Source of the DNA: Bacteroidaceae bacterium
Lineage (GTDB): Bacteria > Bacteroidota > Bacteroidia > Bacteroidales > Bacteroidaceae
Direction of reading: 5' to 3'
NCBI GenBank assembly: GCA_045634085.1
Contig: JAZQZM010000015.1
Coordinates: 235 to 64,234 of the forward strand
Length of the DNA: 64,000 nucleotides
Position numbers and translations under genes: made by a program. The notes under the pieces were generated by a model, which saw only the letters and a program-made list of their open reading frames with translations, searched no databases and was not told where the DNA came from. Below are positions 9,389 to 18,497 of the stretch, piece by piece; position 1 is the first letter of the stretch, and each line of letters opens with the position of its first letter.

Positions 9389-10531
9389 ATGGACTTGGAT
9401 AAACTACGTCAGGAAATTGATGAGATTGATACCCAGATGTGCGACCTTTTCGCACGTCGCATGCAGGTAGTCTCAGGTATCGGAAAATACAAAAAGGAGA
9501 ACAATCTCCCCGTTTATCACCCTTCACGTGCACGCACAGTGCTGCAGAATGTGTCAAAGCGCCTAGGACCTGAGTTCGAGGGATATGGCCGTACACTCTA
9601 TCGTACAATCTTCGACCTCAGTGAGTCATATGAGACACGCATGCTCTCCGAGGGTAGCGAGTTCTTCAACTATTTCAAGGATATTGCATCGGTTCCGCCG
9701 CAGCCCTTCCCTAAACGTGGCTCAGTTGCATGTGCAGGCTGTGAGGGTTCATATGCCCACCTTGCATCGGAACGTCTTTTCGACCTTCCCGAAATCATGT
9801 ACATGAGCAATTTTGAGGGTGTCTTCAAGGCTGTGAATAGTGGACTCTGCGAGTTTGGTGTACTGCCTATCGAGAACTCTATTGCCGGTTCGGTGAATGC
9901 CATCTATGACCTGCTTGCCGCATACAATGTGAATATCGTGCGTGGTGTGCGCCTTAAAGTCGACCACGCAATCCTTGCAATGCCCGGAACAAAGCTCGAG
10001 GATATTCGTGAAATCTACTCTCATCAGCAGGCCATCAGCCAGTGTTCTGAATTCCTTTCAACACTCAAGAACGTGCGTGTGATTGCGTGCGAGAACACTG
10101 CCGAGGCTGCGCGCATGGTGGCTCAGAGTGGTGACCCCACAAAGGCATCCCTCTCATCACGTCTCTGTGCCGAACTTTATCAGATGCAGGTGCTCAAGTC
10201 TTCAATCCAGAACCGCGACAACAACTACACCCGTTTCATCTGCATTGCCAAAGAGCCCAAAATCTATTCGGGTGCCGACCGTTCCAGCGTTATGATTAAC
10301 ATCCCTAACCGCCCCGGTACTCTTTTCCGCATAATGTCCCGTTTTAATGCAACCGGTGTGAACCTTGTAAAACTCGAAAGCCGTCAGATTCCCGAACGCG
10401 AGTTCGAATACCGTTTCTATTTTGACATTGAGGCCTCCGTATACAGCGATGAGTTCCTATCCCTCATGTGTGAGCTTCATGAGTGTGGTGAGCAGTTCAG
10501 GTATTTTGGGACATATGCTGAAATAATATAA
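9389..10531 (+). CDS. pheA: Bifunctional chorismate mutase / prephenate dehydratase
   Basis: An N-terminal CM helix (LRQEIDEIDTQMCDLFARRMQV) is followed by PDT blocks (GSYAHLA, NYTRFICI) and a C-terminal ACT domain containing LESRQIP. Confidence 0.9.
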   Translation: MDLDKLRQEIDEIDTQMCDLFARRMQVVSGIGKYKKENNLPVYHPSRARTVLQNVSKRLGPEFEGYGRTLYRTIFDLSESYETRMLSEGSEFFNYFKDIASVPPQPFPKRGSVACAGCEGSYAHLASERLFDLPEIMYMSNFEGVFKAVNSGLCEFGVLPIENSIAGSVNAIYDLLAAYNVNIVRGVRLKVDHAILAMPGTKLEDIREIYSHQQAISQCSEFLSTLKNVRVIACENTAEAARMVAQSGDPTKASLSSRLCAELYQMQVLKSSIQNRDNNYTRFICIAKEPKIYSGADRSSVMINIPNRPGTLFRIMSRFNATGVNLVKLESRQIPEREFEYRFYFDIEASVYSDEFLSLMCELHECGEQFRYFGTYAEII

Positions 10532-10656
10532 TTATTATCTAAATTGGCGATGGCTGTGTTACGCTATGTTTTGAAAAAGGTCATTTAGGTCTACTAAACT
10601 CCCTTTTTCAAAACCGTCGCAAGCCTTGCCCTCCCCAATTTATATTAATAATTATG
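10526..10656. repeat. Hairpin element copy 1: long imperfect inverted repeat with a conserved apical motif
   Basis: The inner stem GTTTTGAAAAAGG (10568-10580) pairs with CCTTTTTCAAAAC. The apex is TCA-TTTAG-GTCTA-CTAAA-CTCC (10581-10602). The outer arms are AATTGG/CCAATT and ATAATTATTA-like. Confidence 0.6.
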
Positions 10657-10667
10657 CAGTTGTGCTT

Positions 10668-10768
10668 AAAAGTGCGATAACTGTGTTGTTGTGGCTGTTG
10701 CGTAATCCTCATTTACGTTTAGTAAACTCCGGTTTCTTAACAGCCACACGCCTTATACTCACCGTTTT
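10668..10768. repeat. Hairpin element copy 2
   Basis: The stem GTGGCTGTT (10691-10699) pairs with AACAGCCAC (10739-10747). The apex is TCA-TTTAC-GTTTA-GTAAA-CTCC (10709-10730). Confidence 0.6.
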
Positions 10769-10903
10769 ATGCTAACAATTTCTAATTTATCGCATTTTAC
10801 TCCAATCTTGTTATTATCTAAAATTCAGTATTGGAATTTTGGCGATAACTGCTTTGCTTTTGATTATGTGGACAGGATTTTCCTGTCCACTTTTTTATTA
10901 TTG

Positions 10904-13096
10904 TTATGCGTAGCTGTGCATACCTCCAAGCAGGAAATTGACACCGAAGTAGGTTATAAGCACCGTCAGGAATGCTACAATGCAGTATATGTGGAAGAAC
11001 ATGGGGCGGCGCATTGCCTTTATTGAACCGCCGTGCAGCGTGGCGCTGTAGACAAGCATTGTGATGAGTGCCCACACCTCCTTGGGGTCCCAGCCCCAGT
11101 AGCGCCCCCATGATATATTTGCCCACACTGCACCGATGAATATTCCGGCAGTGAGCAGGAACACGGCGGGGTAGAGCATGAGGGTGCTTGTCCGTTGCAG
11201 TGCGGCAATCTCCTCTTCTCTATTCTTGCAGGTTATCTTCATTATCACTGCTGCAATGCTGTTGAGCATGGTGAATGCCAATAGAGTGTATGCTATCATT
11301 ATCACCAGTACGTGTATGCACAGTAGCGGTGACTGAAGTACAGGCATCAGCGGGGTAATCTGCGGTGTAGCCTCGCCCATGGTGGCGACTAACAGCGTGA
11401 GGCCGCATACAATGTAACCGAATGGCAACATCATCCTTGTTTTGCCAAAAAGGGTTGTACCCAGTATACTGCACCATGCCATGAATGTCATTGTCTCATG
11501 ACCGTTTGACAGCGGAACATGTCCGCTAATGTGCCAGCGCAGGAGTATCTGCAATGTCAGGTATGTAACAATACCCCATGCAACGGTTTTCAGTATAATG
11601 GTGGCAACACGCTTTGCCTTACTCTCTTTTGTATGCACGCACATTATGAAAAAGAGTACAATACCTATTGTGAGGCATGCCATTGCAAGCTGGCGGTTGC
11701 CGTTTGTGCTGTTGTACAGTTTTTCGGCCTTGAATGTGGCCTCCGAAGGAATGCTCATGTCGCCTTCCTTTATTTGGTATTTTCTTATTTTTGCTGTTAT
11801 TGCCTTTACGCCTTCATAGTCGTGCATTGCGACCTTCTCGGCAACAAGGTTCATGCTCTTGCCAATGAACAGTTGTTTTTCATGTGGAATGTCGGAAGGT
11901 AGCGTGTCGGCAAATGAATGCCATATTACTTCTCCTGTTGCAGGGTCGGTGTGTGGGAAGATTTTCAACAAAGTTCCCGTGCATAGCATACTGATAATGC
12001 TGAATTTCTCGTTGGCCGAAGCAAAATTCTTTATTTCCGGATTATTCCCTTTGCGCAGGACTGTTTCCAATTTATAACCGTTGCGGTTTGTGAAATCGGT
12101 CAGTGCGGCATAGTTGCCTATTATGCCAAGCGCACTCTTCGTCTCTTTACCCTTAATCTTTATCATGGGCTCGCTTTTCCACTCATCGTAGTAAAAGAAC
12201 CAGCCGCAGAGGACCTGTTCGGCCGTGTACCCCTTGTAACTCTTTTTGCCATATACCTTTGCGGTAAAGTCAAGGGCGAGTGTCTGCAAGGGGCATATGC
12301 GGCCGTTGTAGTGTACATGAATGTCGCAGAATATCTCTGCAACATCCCGGGGCAGTGTCTGTGGCACTCCATGGGCATTGGCTGTTGACGCCGCTATCAT
12401 CAGCAACGCGGCGCCACCCCTGCGCAATGCAGCGCGGAAGCGGTTGCCCGGCTGCATAAAGAAGAGCAGCATTGACAGCAGCAGGAGTGCATAGCCTGCA
12501 TATGTAATCCCTATTCCCCACGGGTCGTGTGACACGATAAGGAATGTGCCTTTCTCATCGTTGTCGTAGCCCGATTGGTAAAAACGGTATCCTCGGTGCT
12601 TGAATATGTTGTTCATGGATACTGTTCCCTCAATTCGCCCATTGTCATATATTACAATGGTGCTCACGAAGTCCATGGGCGTCTGTGTGCCGGCATACCG
12701 TGTTACTTCAAAATCATGAAGTGAAATGCTGAAGGGGAACTTTTCTATACTGCCGTTGTCAAGTACATACTGGTTGGTGTATTCACCCACCCGCAGGTGT
12801 GTCTGTCCCTGCCTGCCTGTGGTGTGCGTCACGAGTGCACCTATGAGGATGACAGCAAAGGCAAGGTGCAGGCATAGTGTAACCGGTTGCTTGTGCAGTT
12901 TGCGCTGTAGGATATAAACAATGGCAGAGAGTGCTGCAACTGTCCATAGTGCAATCATCCAGTGGGCACGGTAGATATTCTCTAATGCATATTCTGTGCC
13001 ATACAGTTTCTCCATTATGGTTGCCACCATAAGAATGGTTGTTATCAGGGCAAAAAGACCGAACGAAAGGTATTTGAACAGTTTTTCTCGTCTCAT
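10904..13096 (-). CDS. ccsBA: Fused cytochrome c biogenesis protein (System II CcsB/ResB-like N-terminal part plus CcsA haem lyase)
   Basis: It is a multi-TM protein with the CcsA WWD-type motif WGRYWGWDPKEVWAL and conserved downstream His residues. I prefer the start MRREKLF (13096) to the upstream extension at 13174. Confidence 0.8.
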   Translation of the reverse strand: MRREKLFKYLSFGLFALITTILMVATIMEKLYGTEYALENIYRAHWMIALWTVAALSAIVYILQRKLHKQPVTLCLHLAFAVILIGALVTHTTGRQGQTHLRVGEYTNQYVLDNGSIEKFPFSISLHDFEVTRYAGTQTPMDFVSTIVIYDNGRIEGTVSMNNIFKHRGYRFYQSGYDNDEKGTFLIVSHDPWGIGITYAGYALLLLSMLLFFMQPGNRFRAALRRGGAALLMIAASTANAHGVPQTLPRDVAEIFCDIHVHYNGRICPLQTLALDFTAKVYGKKSYKGYTAEQVLCGWFFYYDEWKSEPMIKIKGKETKSALGIIGNYAALTDFTNRNGYKLETVLRKGNNPEIKNFASANEKFSIISMLCTGTLLKIFPHTDPATGEVIWHSFADTLPSDIPHEKQLFIGKSMNLVAEKVAMHDYEGVKAITAKIRKYQIKEGDMSIPSEATFKAEKLYNSTNGNRQLAMACLTIGIVLFFIMCVHTKESKAKRVATIILKTVAWGIVTYLTLQILLRWHISGHVPLSNGHETMTFMAWCSILGTTLFGKTRMMLPFGYIVCGLTLLVATMGEATPQITPLMPVLQSPLLCIHVLVIMIAYTLLAFTMLNSIAAVIMKITCKNREEEIAALQRTSTLMLYPAVFLLTAGIFIGAVWANISWGRYWGWDPKEVWALITMLVYSATLHGGSIKAMRRPMFFHIYCIVAFLTVLITYFGVNFLLGGMHSYA

Positions 13097-13160
13097 TGTA
13101 TGAAAGGGATAAAGGGATAAAAAATCTTTGGTCCCGCACGGGACCAAAGATAATAATATT

Positions 13161-14810
13161 TTAGATAGAGTCAATGAACTTCACTATAGCATCGCGCTCG
13201 TCTTTTGTGAGGTTACGGAAATTCTCAACAGTGAAACGCGCGTCACTCTTCGCATTGCCGTGCCACATGATAGCCTCCATTGTAGTGCGCGCGCGGCAGT
13301 CGTGCAGTCGGTCGGCTGTAGGCGAACCTGTACACTTCTGGTGAAGTCCGCGGCCCCATAGTGGAGTGGTGCGGCACCAACCGGTGCGTATGTCATTCTC
13401 CATGTGTAGCTTGTGCTGTACCATGTCTGTGTATGGCCATATCTTCTGGTGGGGGTAGCGTGGCAGTTCATCTCCGCCATCGGCAAAGAAACGTGCAGGG
13501 TCTCTCAGGTTGTCCTCGCCTGTTGTCCACGATGGGCGGTGGCAATATGTGCAGCCGATTTTCTCGAAGAGATTACGTCCTTTCTGCACATCCTCATCGT
13601 GTACATTACGTGCGGCAGGCACTGCAAGTCCGCGATGCCATACCATAAGGTCGGTGTACTCCTCATCGCTTACCTCTACGGGCAGGTTCTTTGATGTCAG
13701 ATAGGCGTATATGCGTTCCTCTATTGTACCCTCCCAAAACTCGGGGTATTTCTTATCGGGGTCAATGCCGGCAATATATTTCTCGAAGCCTGCCTGAACC
13801 TCGGGGTCCTTTGATGAGTAGAGTGCGTATGTTCCGGCAGCATCAAGATAGTGCATGCGGCGGTCGCTGCGTGTGGCGTTGGTGATGTTCCAGAATGCGT
13901 TTGCTCCGGCTCCGTCCTGCAACGGGCCACGGCTCATGGCGTATGTATAACGGCGTATGTATTTTGTGCCGTCACCGCCCTGTGCTGTGTTTGCATAGAA
14001 GCTCTTCCACTGTCCGTTCTCAAAATAGGCAGTGTTCAGTCCGTTCTGCATCAATCCCTCCTCTTCCTGCTTTTTCCATTCGGCGGTGATGTCATCATCG
14101 CTTATGGCATCGAGCAGTCCTGTACCGTAGATACCGATAGTCGACTCGAGTTTGACGCCATAGTTGCCCAGCTGGTCATATCCCTGGTTATATACATAAA
14201 TGGCATCCTCGGGCATGTTAACTTCGGGATATTGGAGCTCGTATGTCTCGCCGTCGGGGAACTTGTTACCCCATTCATCGGTATAATCTTTCCACTCGAC
14301 AGTAATCTTGCTCTCATCGACAGGTGCCTTGAATGGTGCGACAGCATGGCTCTGAGGCATTCCTGCAAGCCAGGGCACGTAACCCTCAGTATCCTTGTTA
14401 TACACGACAAGCAGGTTACCGTTGCCAATCTCGTTGGTATTGAATGTTCCGGCCTCAATACGTTTGCCGTGTCCGTAGCCCGGGTGGCAGTGAAGACACG
14501 ATGTACGTATGTATACAGGGCCCAGACCGTGGCGCACACCGCTGTTGTTGCTCATGAACGGCTTCTCAAAGAGTGCTTCGCCGTTTTTGAATGACTGGTA
14601 CATCCCGCCCTCCTCGACAGACACTGTTGGCTGCTCAAAGGCGTTGAATGTAGCAAGATGGGTGGTTCCAAGCTCTCCGCCGGTGTAGTACCACTCGGGG
14701 AGCTTTGCTTCGGGTTCTGGTGCAGGCTTGCTGTTGTCATCATCGCTACATGAGACAACGCCCAGACCTAAAAGTGCAAAAAGCAAAAGAGTATTCTTTT
14801 TCATAATCAA
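13161..14810 (-). CDS. Di-haem cytochrome c lipoprotein, DUF1111 / thiol-oxidoreductase (cytochrome c peroxidase-like) family
   Basis: It has a lipoprotein signal (LGLGVVSCSDD) and two CxxCH haem motifs (CLHCH, CTYCH). Its neighbour is an imelysin, as is typical for this family. Confidence 0.8.
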   Translation of the reverse strand: MIMKKNTLLLFALLGLGVVSCSDDDNSKPAPEPEAKLPEWYYTGGELGTTHLATFNAFEQPTVSVEEGGMYQSFKNGEALFEKPFMSNNSGVRHGLGPVYIRTSCLHCHPGYGHGKRIEAGTFNTNEIGNGNLLVVYNKDTEGYVPWLAGMPQSHAVAPFKAPVDESKITVEWKDYTDEWGNKFPDGETYELQYPEVNMPEDAIYVYNQGYDQLGNYGVKLESTIGIYGTGLLDAISDDDITAEWKKQEEEGLMQNGLNTAYFENGQWKSFYANTAQGGDGTKYIRRYTYAMSRGPLQDGAGANAFWNITNATRSDRRMHYLDAAGTYALYSSKDPEVQAGFEKYIAGIDPDKKYPEFWEGTIEERIYAYLTSKNLPVEVSDEEYTDLMVWHRGLAVPAARNVHDEDVQKGRNLFEKIGCTYCHRPSWTTGEDNLRDPARFFADGGDELPRYPHQKIWPYTDMVQHKLHMENDIRTGWCRTTPLWGRGLHQKCTGSPTADRLHDCRARTTMEAIMWHGNAKSDARFTVENFRNLTKDERDAIVKFIDSI

Positions 14811-15988
14811 TATTTTGACAATGCAGTCATCACCTCCTCAAGTGTGTCGACAAGGTCTGTTCCGACTGCTGTTACTGATGCATCAGCCTCAGGGCCTGTT
14901 GCGCTCTTTGCGAATGGCTCAGGAATTTTCTTGATGAGTACGATGCACTCCTCAATCTGTGCCTTTACTTTTGTGTCGAGTGCTGGATTAACGCTCTTTA
15001 TGTAGTCGCTTATTGACGCGTCGCCGGCATTGCTGCCCTGATAAGCGTTACGTATGCTTATTATGTTGCCTACAAAGTCATTGATTGAGTTGAGGCTGTA
15101 TGGCGACTCTATGTAGTTCTTGTCATCCTCGGAACTGCCGTTGGCCGGGCGGCCGATTTTTGTGTTTCCTACCTCATCGGCAATGTCGATGCAGCCCTGT
15201 ACAAGGTCCTCGGCTGCCTCCTGATAAGTTTTGTATAGACTACCGCCCTCGCCGGCATTCTTCATGCTCCAACCGTAGTTGATTGAAGGCTCAAGCTCAG
15301 CCTCGGCAAGGATATCCTGTTTCTCAACGCTTACATTCTCCATTCCTGCCCAAGAAGCTTCAAGGCGTATGCACTGGTTACGTAGGTCCTCGGCTACGGT
15401 ACACAAATACACGAGCTCCTCTTTTGTGTAGTTTGTGTTGTGAGGGAGAGATGCGTTGCCGTCATCGCTCAGCTCAAAGAGCATGTACTCTACAGCATGG
15501 AAACCGAGCAGACCATATCCTGCATTGTTGTCGATAGTCCAGCCCTTGCCGTTACGAAGGTCGACAAGCAGTTCCTCCATCGCATTCTTGTCAAGTGGCC
15601 ATGAGTCGATGTGCGGGTCAATGTTATAGTCGGCTGCGGCACCGTAGAGGAATGCCTCACTCTTTTCCCAATAGTCGCGGCACAGGTTCCAGTAGTTGCC
15701 GGCAGCCTTTACGTGCTCTGTTGCGAGTGTGCCGTTGTCAAAAGCCTCGGCAATGGCATTGCAGGCATCGGACATAAGTATGGCATTGTCGGCCATTCCC
15801 TTGTAGGTGGGGACAATGGTGTTGTCAACGTATGGCACGATGGCTGCCTTGAATGTCTTCTCTTTCTGGCTCAGCTCATTGCCCTGGCCGTTGTTGTCGT
15901 CATCGTCGCTGCAGGCTGTGATACCTATCATGAGTGTCGCTGCAAGCGCAATGTTCAAAAGTTTCTTGAAATCCATAGTGTTATTCAT
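14807..15988 (-). CDS. Imelysin-family (peptidase M75 / IrpA-like) lipoprotein
   Basis: It has a lipoprotein signal (IGITACSDDDD). The helical protein is of the size expected for the family and carries an HxxE-type block (HAVEYMLFE). It is paired with a DUF1111 gene. Confidence 0.7.
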   Translation of the reverse strand: MNNTMDFKKLLNIALAATLMIGITACSDDDDNNGQGNELSQKEKTFKAAIVPYVDNTIVPTYKGMADNAILMSDACNAIAEAFDNGTLATEHVKAAGNYWNLCRDYWEKSEAFLYGAAADYNIDPHIDSWPLDKNAMEELLVDLRNGKGWTIDNNAGYGLLGFHAVEYMLFELSDDGNASLPHNTNYTKEELVYLCTVAEDLRNQCIRLEASWAGMENVSVEKQDILAEAELEPSINYGWSMKNAGEGGSLYKTYQEAAEDLVQGCIDIADEVGNTKIGRPANGSSEDDKNYIESPYSLNSINDFVGNIISIRNAYQGSNAGDASISDYIKSVNPALDTKVKAQIEECIVLIKKIPEPFAKSATGPEADASVTAVGTDLVDTLEEVMTALSKY

Positions 15989-16000
15989 TTATTTGTTTCA

Positions 16001-17296
16001 TTACTTGAAAAGTCCCGCGTATGCTATTCCCAATGATATCGAAGGCTCGTTGTTGTAGCGGCTCTCGAGCAGGCCTATGCTGTATTCGCCTTTGATGACG
16101 ATATCCTTCACAGGGCAGTAGTTTATACCGGCTGCAATACGTTGTCTGCCGCACCATTTGTAGTCCTGTATGCTACCCTCGGTCTTGAACATGGAGTCAT
16201 AATACTCATATCGGCCGAAGAGGTAAAGCCTCTCGCTGTTCATCTTCTTGCCGTTGAACAGTGCGAGTATGTTATAACCGGCCTCAATGCCTGCGGCAAT
16301 GGCATCGGAGCCGACAGCCTGCTTGGGCGAGGGGGAGTCCTTGCGCATTGACATGTTGTACTTTGTTATCATCTCCGAGTCTGTCAAGTGGCCATAGTCA
16401 AAGTTACCCCTTACTGTAAGGTTCCTGCTTCTGTAGCAGAAATCGAATGCGCCTATGTATACAGTTCCTTTTACATCCTTGAACTTCGCATTGTCGGTAG
16501 CGCTCAAAGTGTTCTTGAAGGAGTTACCTACATAACCGCTGAATGACAGACGCAACCCTTTTATCGAGGTGTTGTCCACGCGGAATGCTCCTGCATAGCA
16601 GTTGGCAATCTTGAACTCATATGGGCTGCCGGCACCTCCGGCAATCCATGTCTGGCGTCCGAAACGGTCAGAGTCGAGTCCGGGCAGGAACATTACCTCG
16701 TATCGCCAACGGTCGGTCTCTCCCCATAGACTTATACCTGTCTCGTGCCAGGTACATGGCATGATTGTGCTCTCACCCTCGGGACGGTAGTTGGTAAAGA
16801 ACTCTGTGGGCATGTGGTACATGTTGGTTGCGCCCACGGGTACAATAATATGTCCCATCTTCAGGTTCAGTGCACGGCAGAAGCGCTTGTTTATCCAGAA
16901 CTGTTCAATGGCAACCTCGCCGCCACGCTCAACCTCCGACTCGTACTCACCGGCCTCCTCCTCTTCAATCTCCACGGCGCTCTCTGTGCCACCGTGCTCA
17001 AATTCAATCTCGGTACCCAATGTCCAGCCTTTGCCAAAGTCGTAGCCTACCCAAAAGACAATGTGCGGCAGGTCGAAACGGCCGTGGCTGTCATCATCCT
17101 TGTATGTGGCAGCATCGGTGTATCTCAGGTATTTGTCACTGTAGAAGTTGCGGGTGTATACAGCCTCGCCGTAGCCTCCCAATGAGAGCCGCGACCAGAT
17201 GTCGCCTTTCCCGCCAGTCTCGTTCTTCTCCTGTGCAACCGCAAAAGTGGCAGCAAAGGAGAGAATCAGCATTGTGATAATGATGTTTCTTTTCAT
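16001..17296 (-). CDS. Outer-membrane beta-barrel (porin-like) protein
   Basis: It has a signal peptide (MKRNIIITMLILSFAATFAVAQ), an alternating amphipathic beta pattern, and a C-terminal aromatic residue (…AYAGLFK). The start was trimmed from 17446 to 17296. Confidence 0.6.
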   Translation of the reverse strand: MKRNIIITMLILSFAATFAVAQEKNETGGKGDIWSRLSLGGYGEAVYTRNFYSDKYLRYTDAATYKDDDSHGRFDLPHIVFWVGYDFGKGWTLGTEIEFEHGGTESAVEIEEEEAGEYESEVERGGEVAIEQFWINKRFCRALNLKMGHIIVPVGATNMYHMPTEFFTNYRPEGESTIMPCTWHETGISLWGETDRWRYEVMFLPGLDSDRFGRQTWIAGGAGSPYEFKIANCYAGAFRVDNTSIKGLRLSFSGYVGNSFKNTLSATDNAKFKDVKGTVYIGAFDFCYRSRNLTVRGNFDYGHLTDSEMITKYNMSMRKDSPSPKQAVGSDAIAAGIEAGYNILALFNGKKMNSERLYLFGRYEYYDSMFKTEGSIQDYKWCGRQRIAAGINYCPVKDIVIKGEYSIGLLESRYNNEPSISLGIAYAGLFK

Positions 17297-17466
17297 TCCA
17301 ATACATTTTTTCGAGTGCAAAATTATTGCGATAGTCTGTGCCTGGCAATACCGAATTTGTGGTATTTTGTGATTGTGAAAAAACGTTGTTTTAATTATTT
17401 TTGGGTATTGTGCGTATTGTAGGGCAGCTGTAATTTTGTGGTGCATAATATGCTCCAGGAGATAAT

Positions 17467-18420
17467 ATGGCCGATACGGTTAAATACAAACCTACAGACA
17501 AACTGATGAATCTTGTCCGTGATAACTCGTCGCTGTTGATGGTGATGAGCCGTTTCGGCATATCATCAGGCTTCGGCGAAAAGAGCGTCGATGAGGTATG
17601 TAGTATGCATGGAGTGGATGTCGCCACATTCCTTGCGGTGGCAAACCTCATAAGCGGCAAGGGGAGTGATTACAGGAGTCTCTCGTTGCCTTCACTCATT
17701 GGTTATCTGCGTCGTGCCCACACATATTTTCTCGATTACAATCTGCCCACAATACGCCGCCGTCTCATTGAGGCACTCGATTGTTCCGGTTCCGATGACG
17801 TGGCTTTCCTCATCCTCAAGCTCTATGATGAGTATGTTACCGAAGTGCGCAGACACATGGAGTATGAGGATACTGTGGTGTTCACTTATGTCGATGACCT
17901 GTTGCAGAACCGCATGGGCAGCGGGTTTTCAATAAGTGTATTCAGCGGTAAGCATAATCATATTGATGTCAAACTCAAGGAACTAAAGGATATTGTCATA
18001 AGTTATTACCCCAACAAGTGTAACGACATGCTCAATTCTGTCCTGTTCGACATTATCAATTGCGAACAGGACCTGGCTTCGCACTGCAATGTCGAGGATA
18101 TGCTGTTTATTCCGGCCGTTGAGGAACTTGAACGGCGCGTGCGCGAGCAGGGTGGCTGCGAGCCTGTGACAGCAAATGATGATTCCGATACATCAAGAAC
18201 CGATATACTGAGTCAACGCGAGAAAGAAATTGTCGTGTGTATTGCAAAAGGTATGAGCAACAAGGAGGTTGCCGAAGCCCTCAATCTTTCAGTACACACT
18301 GTTACCACCCACCGCCGTAATATCTCCAACAAACTGCAGATACATTCTCCTGCGGGAATAACAATCTATGCGATAGTAAACAGGCTTCTTGACCTACACG
18401 AAATTCAGAAAATGCAGTGA
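17467..18420 (+). CDS. LuxR-family transcriptional regulator with an N-terminal ScdA/RIC-like hemerythrin domain
   Basis: The C-terminal HTH is LSQREKEIVVCIAKGMSNKEVAEALNLSVHTVTTHRRNI. The N-terminal part carries four His-containing blocks spaced as in hemerythrin-like cation-binding domains: RRAHTYF, RRHMEYEDTVVF, KHNHIDVKL and SHCNVEDMLFIP. Confidence 0.7.
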   Translation: MADTVKYKPTDKLMNLVRDNSSLLMVMSRFGISSGFGEKSVDEVCSMHGVDVATFLAVANLISGKGSDYRSLSLPSLIGYLRRAHTYFLDYNLPTIRRRLIEALDCSGSDDVAFLILKLYDEYVTEVRRHMEYEDTVVFTYVDDLLQNRMGSGFSISVFSGKHNHIDVKLKELKDIVISYYPNKCNDMLNSVLFDIINCEQDLASHCNVEDMLFIPAVEELERRVREQGGCEPVTANDDSDTSRTDILSQREKEIVVCIAKGMSNKEVAEALNLSVHTVTTHRRNISNKLQIHSPAGITIYAIVNRLLDLHEIQKMQ

Positions 18421-18460
18421 ACCGCGGCTGTTCATTCTCTTCTTTTTCATTTCTTTATTG

Positions 18461-18468
18461 TATCTTTG
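18461..18468 (+). promoter_or_regulatory. -7 promoter box (TAnnTTTG)
   Basis: TATCTTTG lies 30 nt upstream of the ATG at 18498. Confidence 0.5.
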
Positions 18469-18497
18469 TCCAAGCAGTAATTCTTAGAGGTAATAGT

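Noticed and set aside
10526-10768. Possibility that the repeated hairpin motifs are a mini-CRISPR array or attC sites.
   Set aside because: There are only two adjacent copies. The conserved part is the hairpin apex rather than a direct repeat with uniform spacers. I saw no cas or integron integrase gene in the window.
10769-11126. Small ORFs (85 and 102 aa) in or next to the pheA/ccsBA intergenic region.
   Set aside because: They overlap the hairpin repeat or the 3' end of ccsBA. They show no start context and no motif. The region is better explained by the inverted-repeat elements.
13097-13174. N-terminal extensions proposed by the ORF track for ccsBA (from 13174). The same issue affects the porin (17446), aroQ (18417), the adaptor (31812), pdxJ (41222), ndk (47470), the beta-barrel gene (49713) and the T9SS small protein (36781).
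   Set aside because: In each case an internal ATG gives a canonical N-terminus (a signal peptide or a conserved family start). It is also often preceded by a TAnnTTTG box that would otherwise lie inside the ORF.
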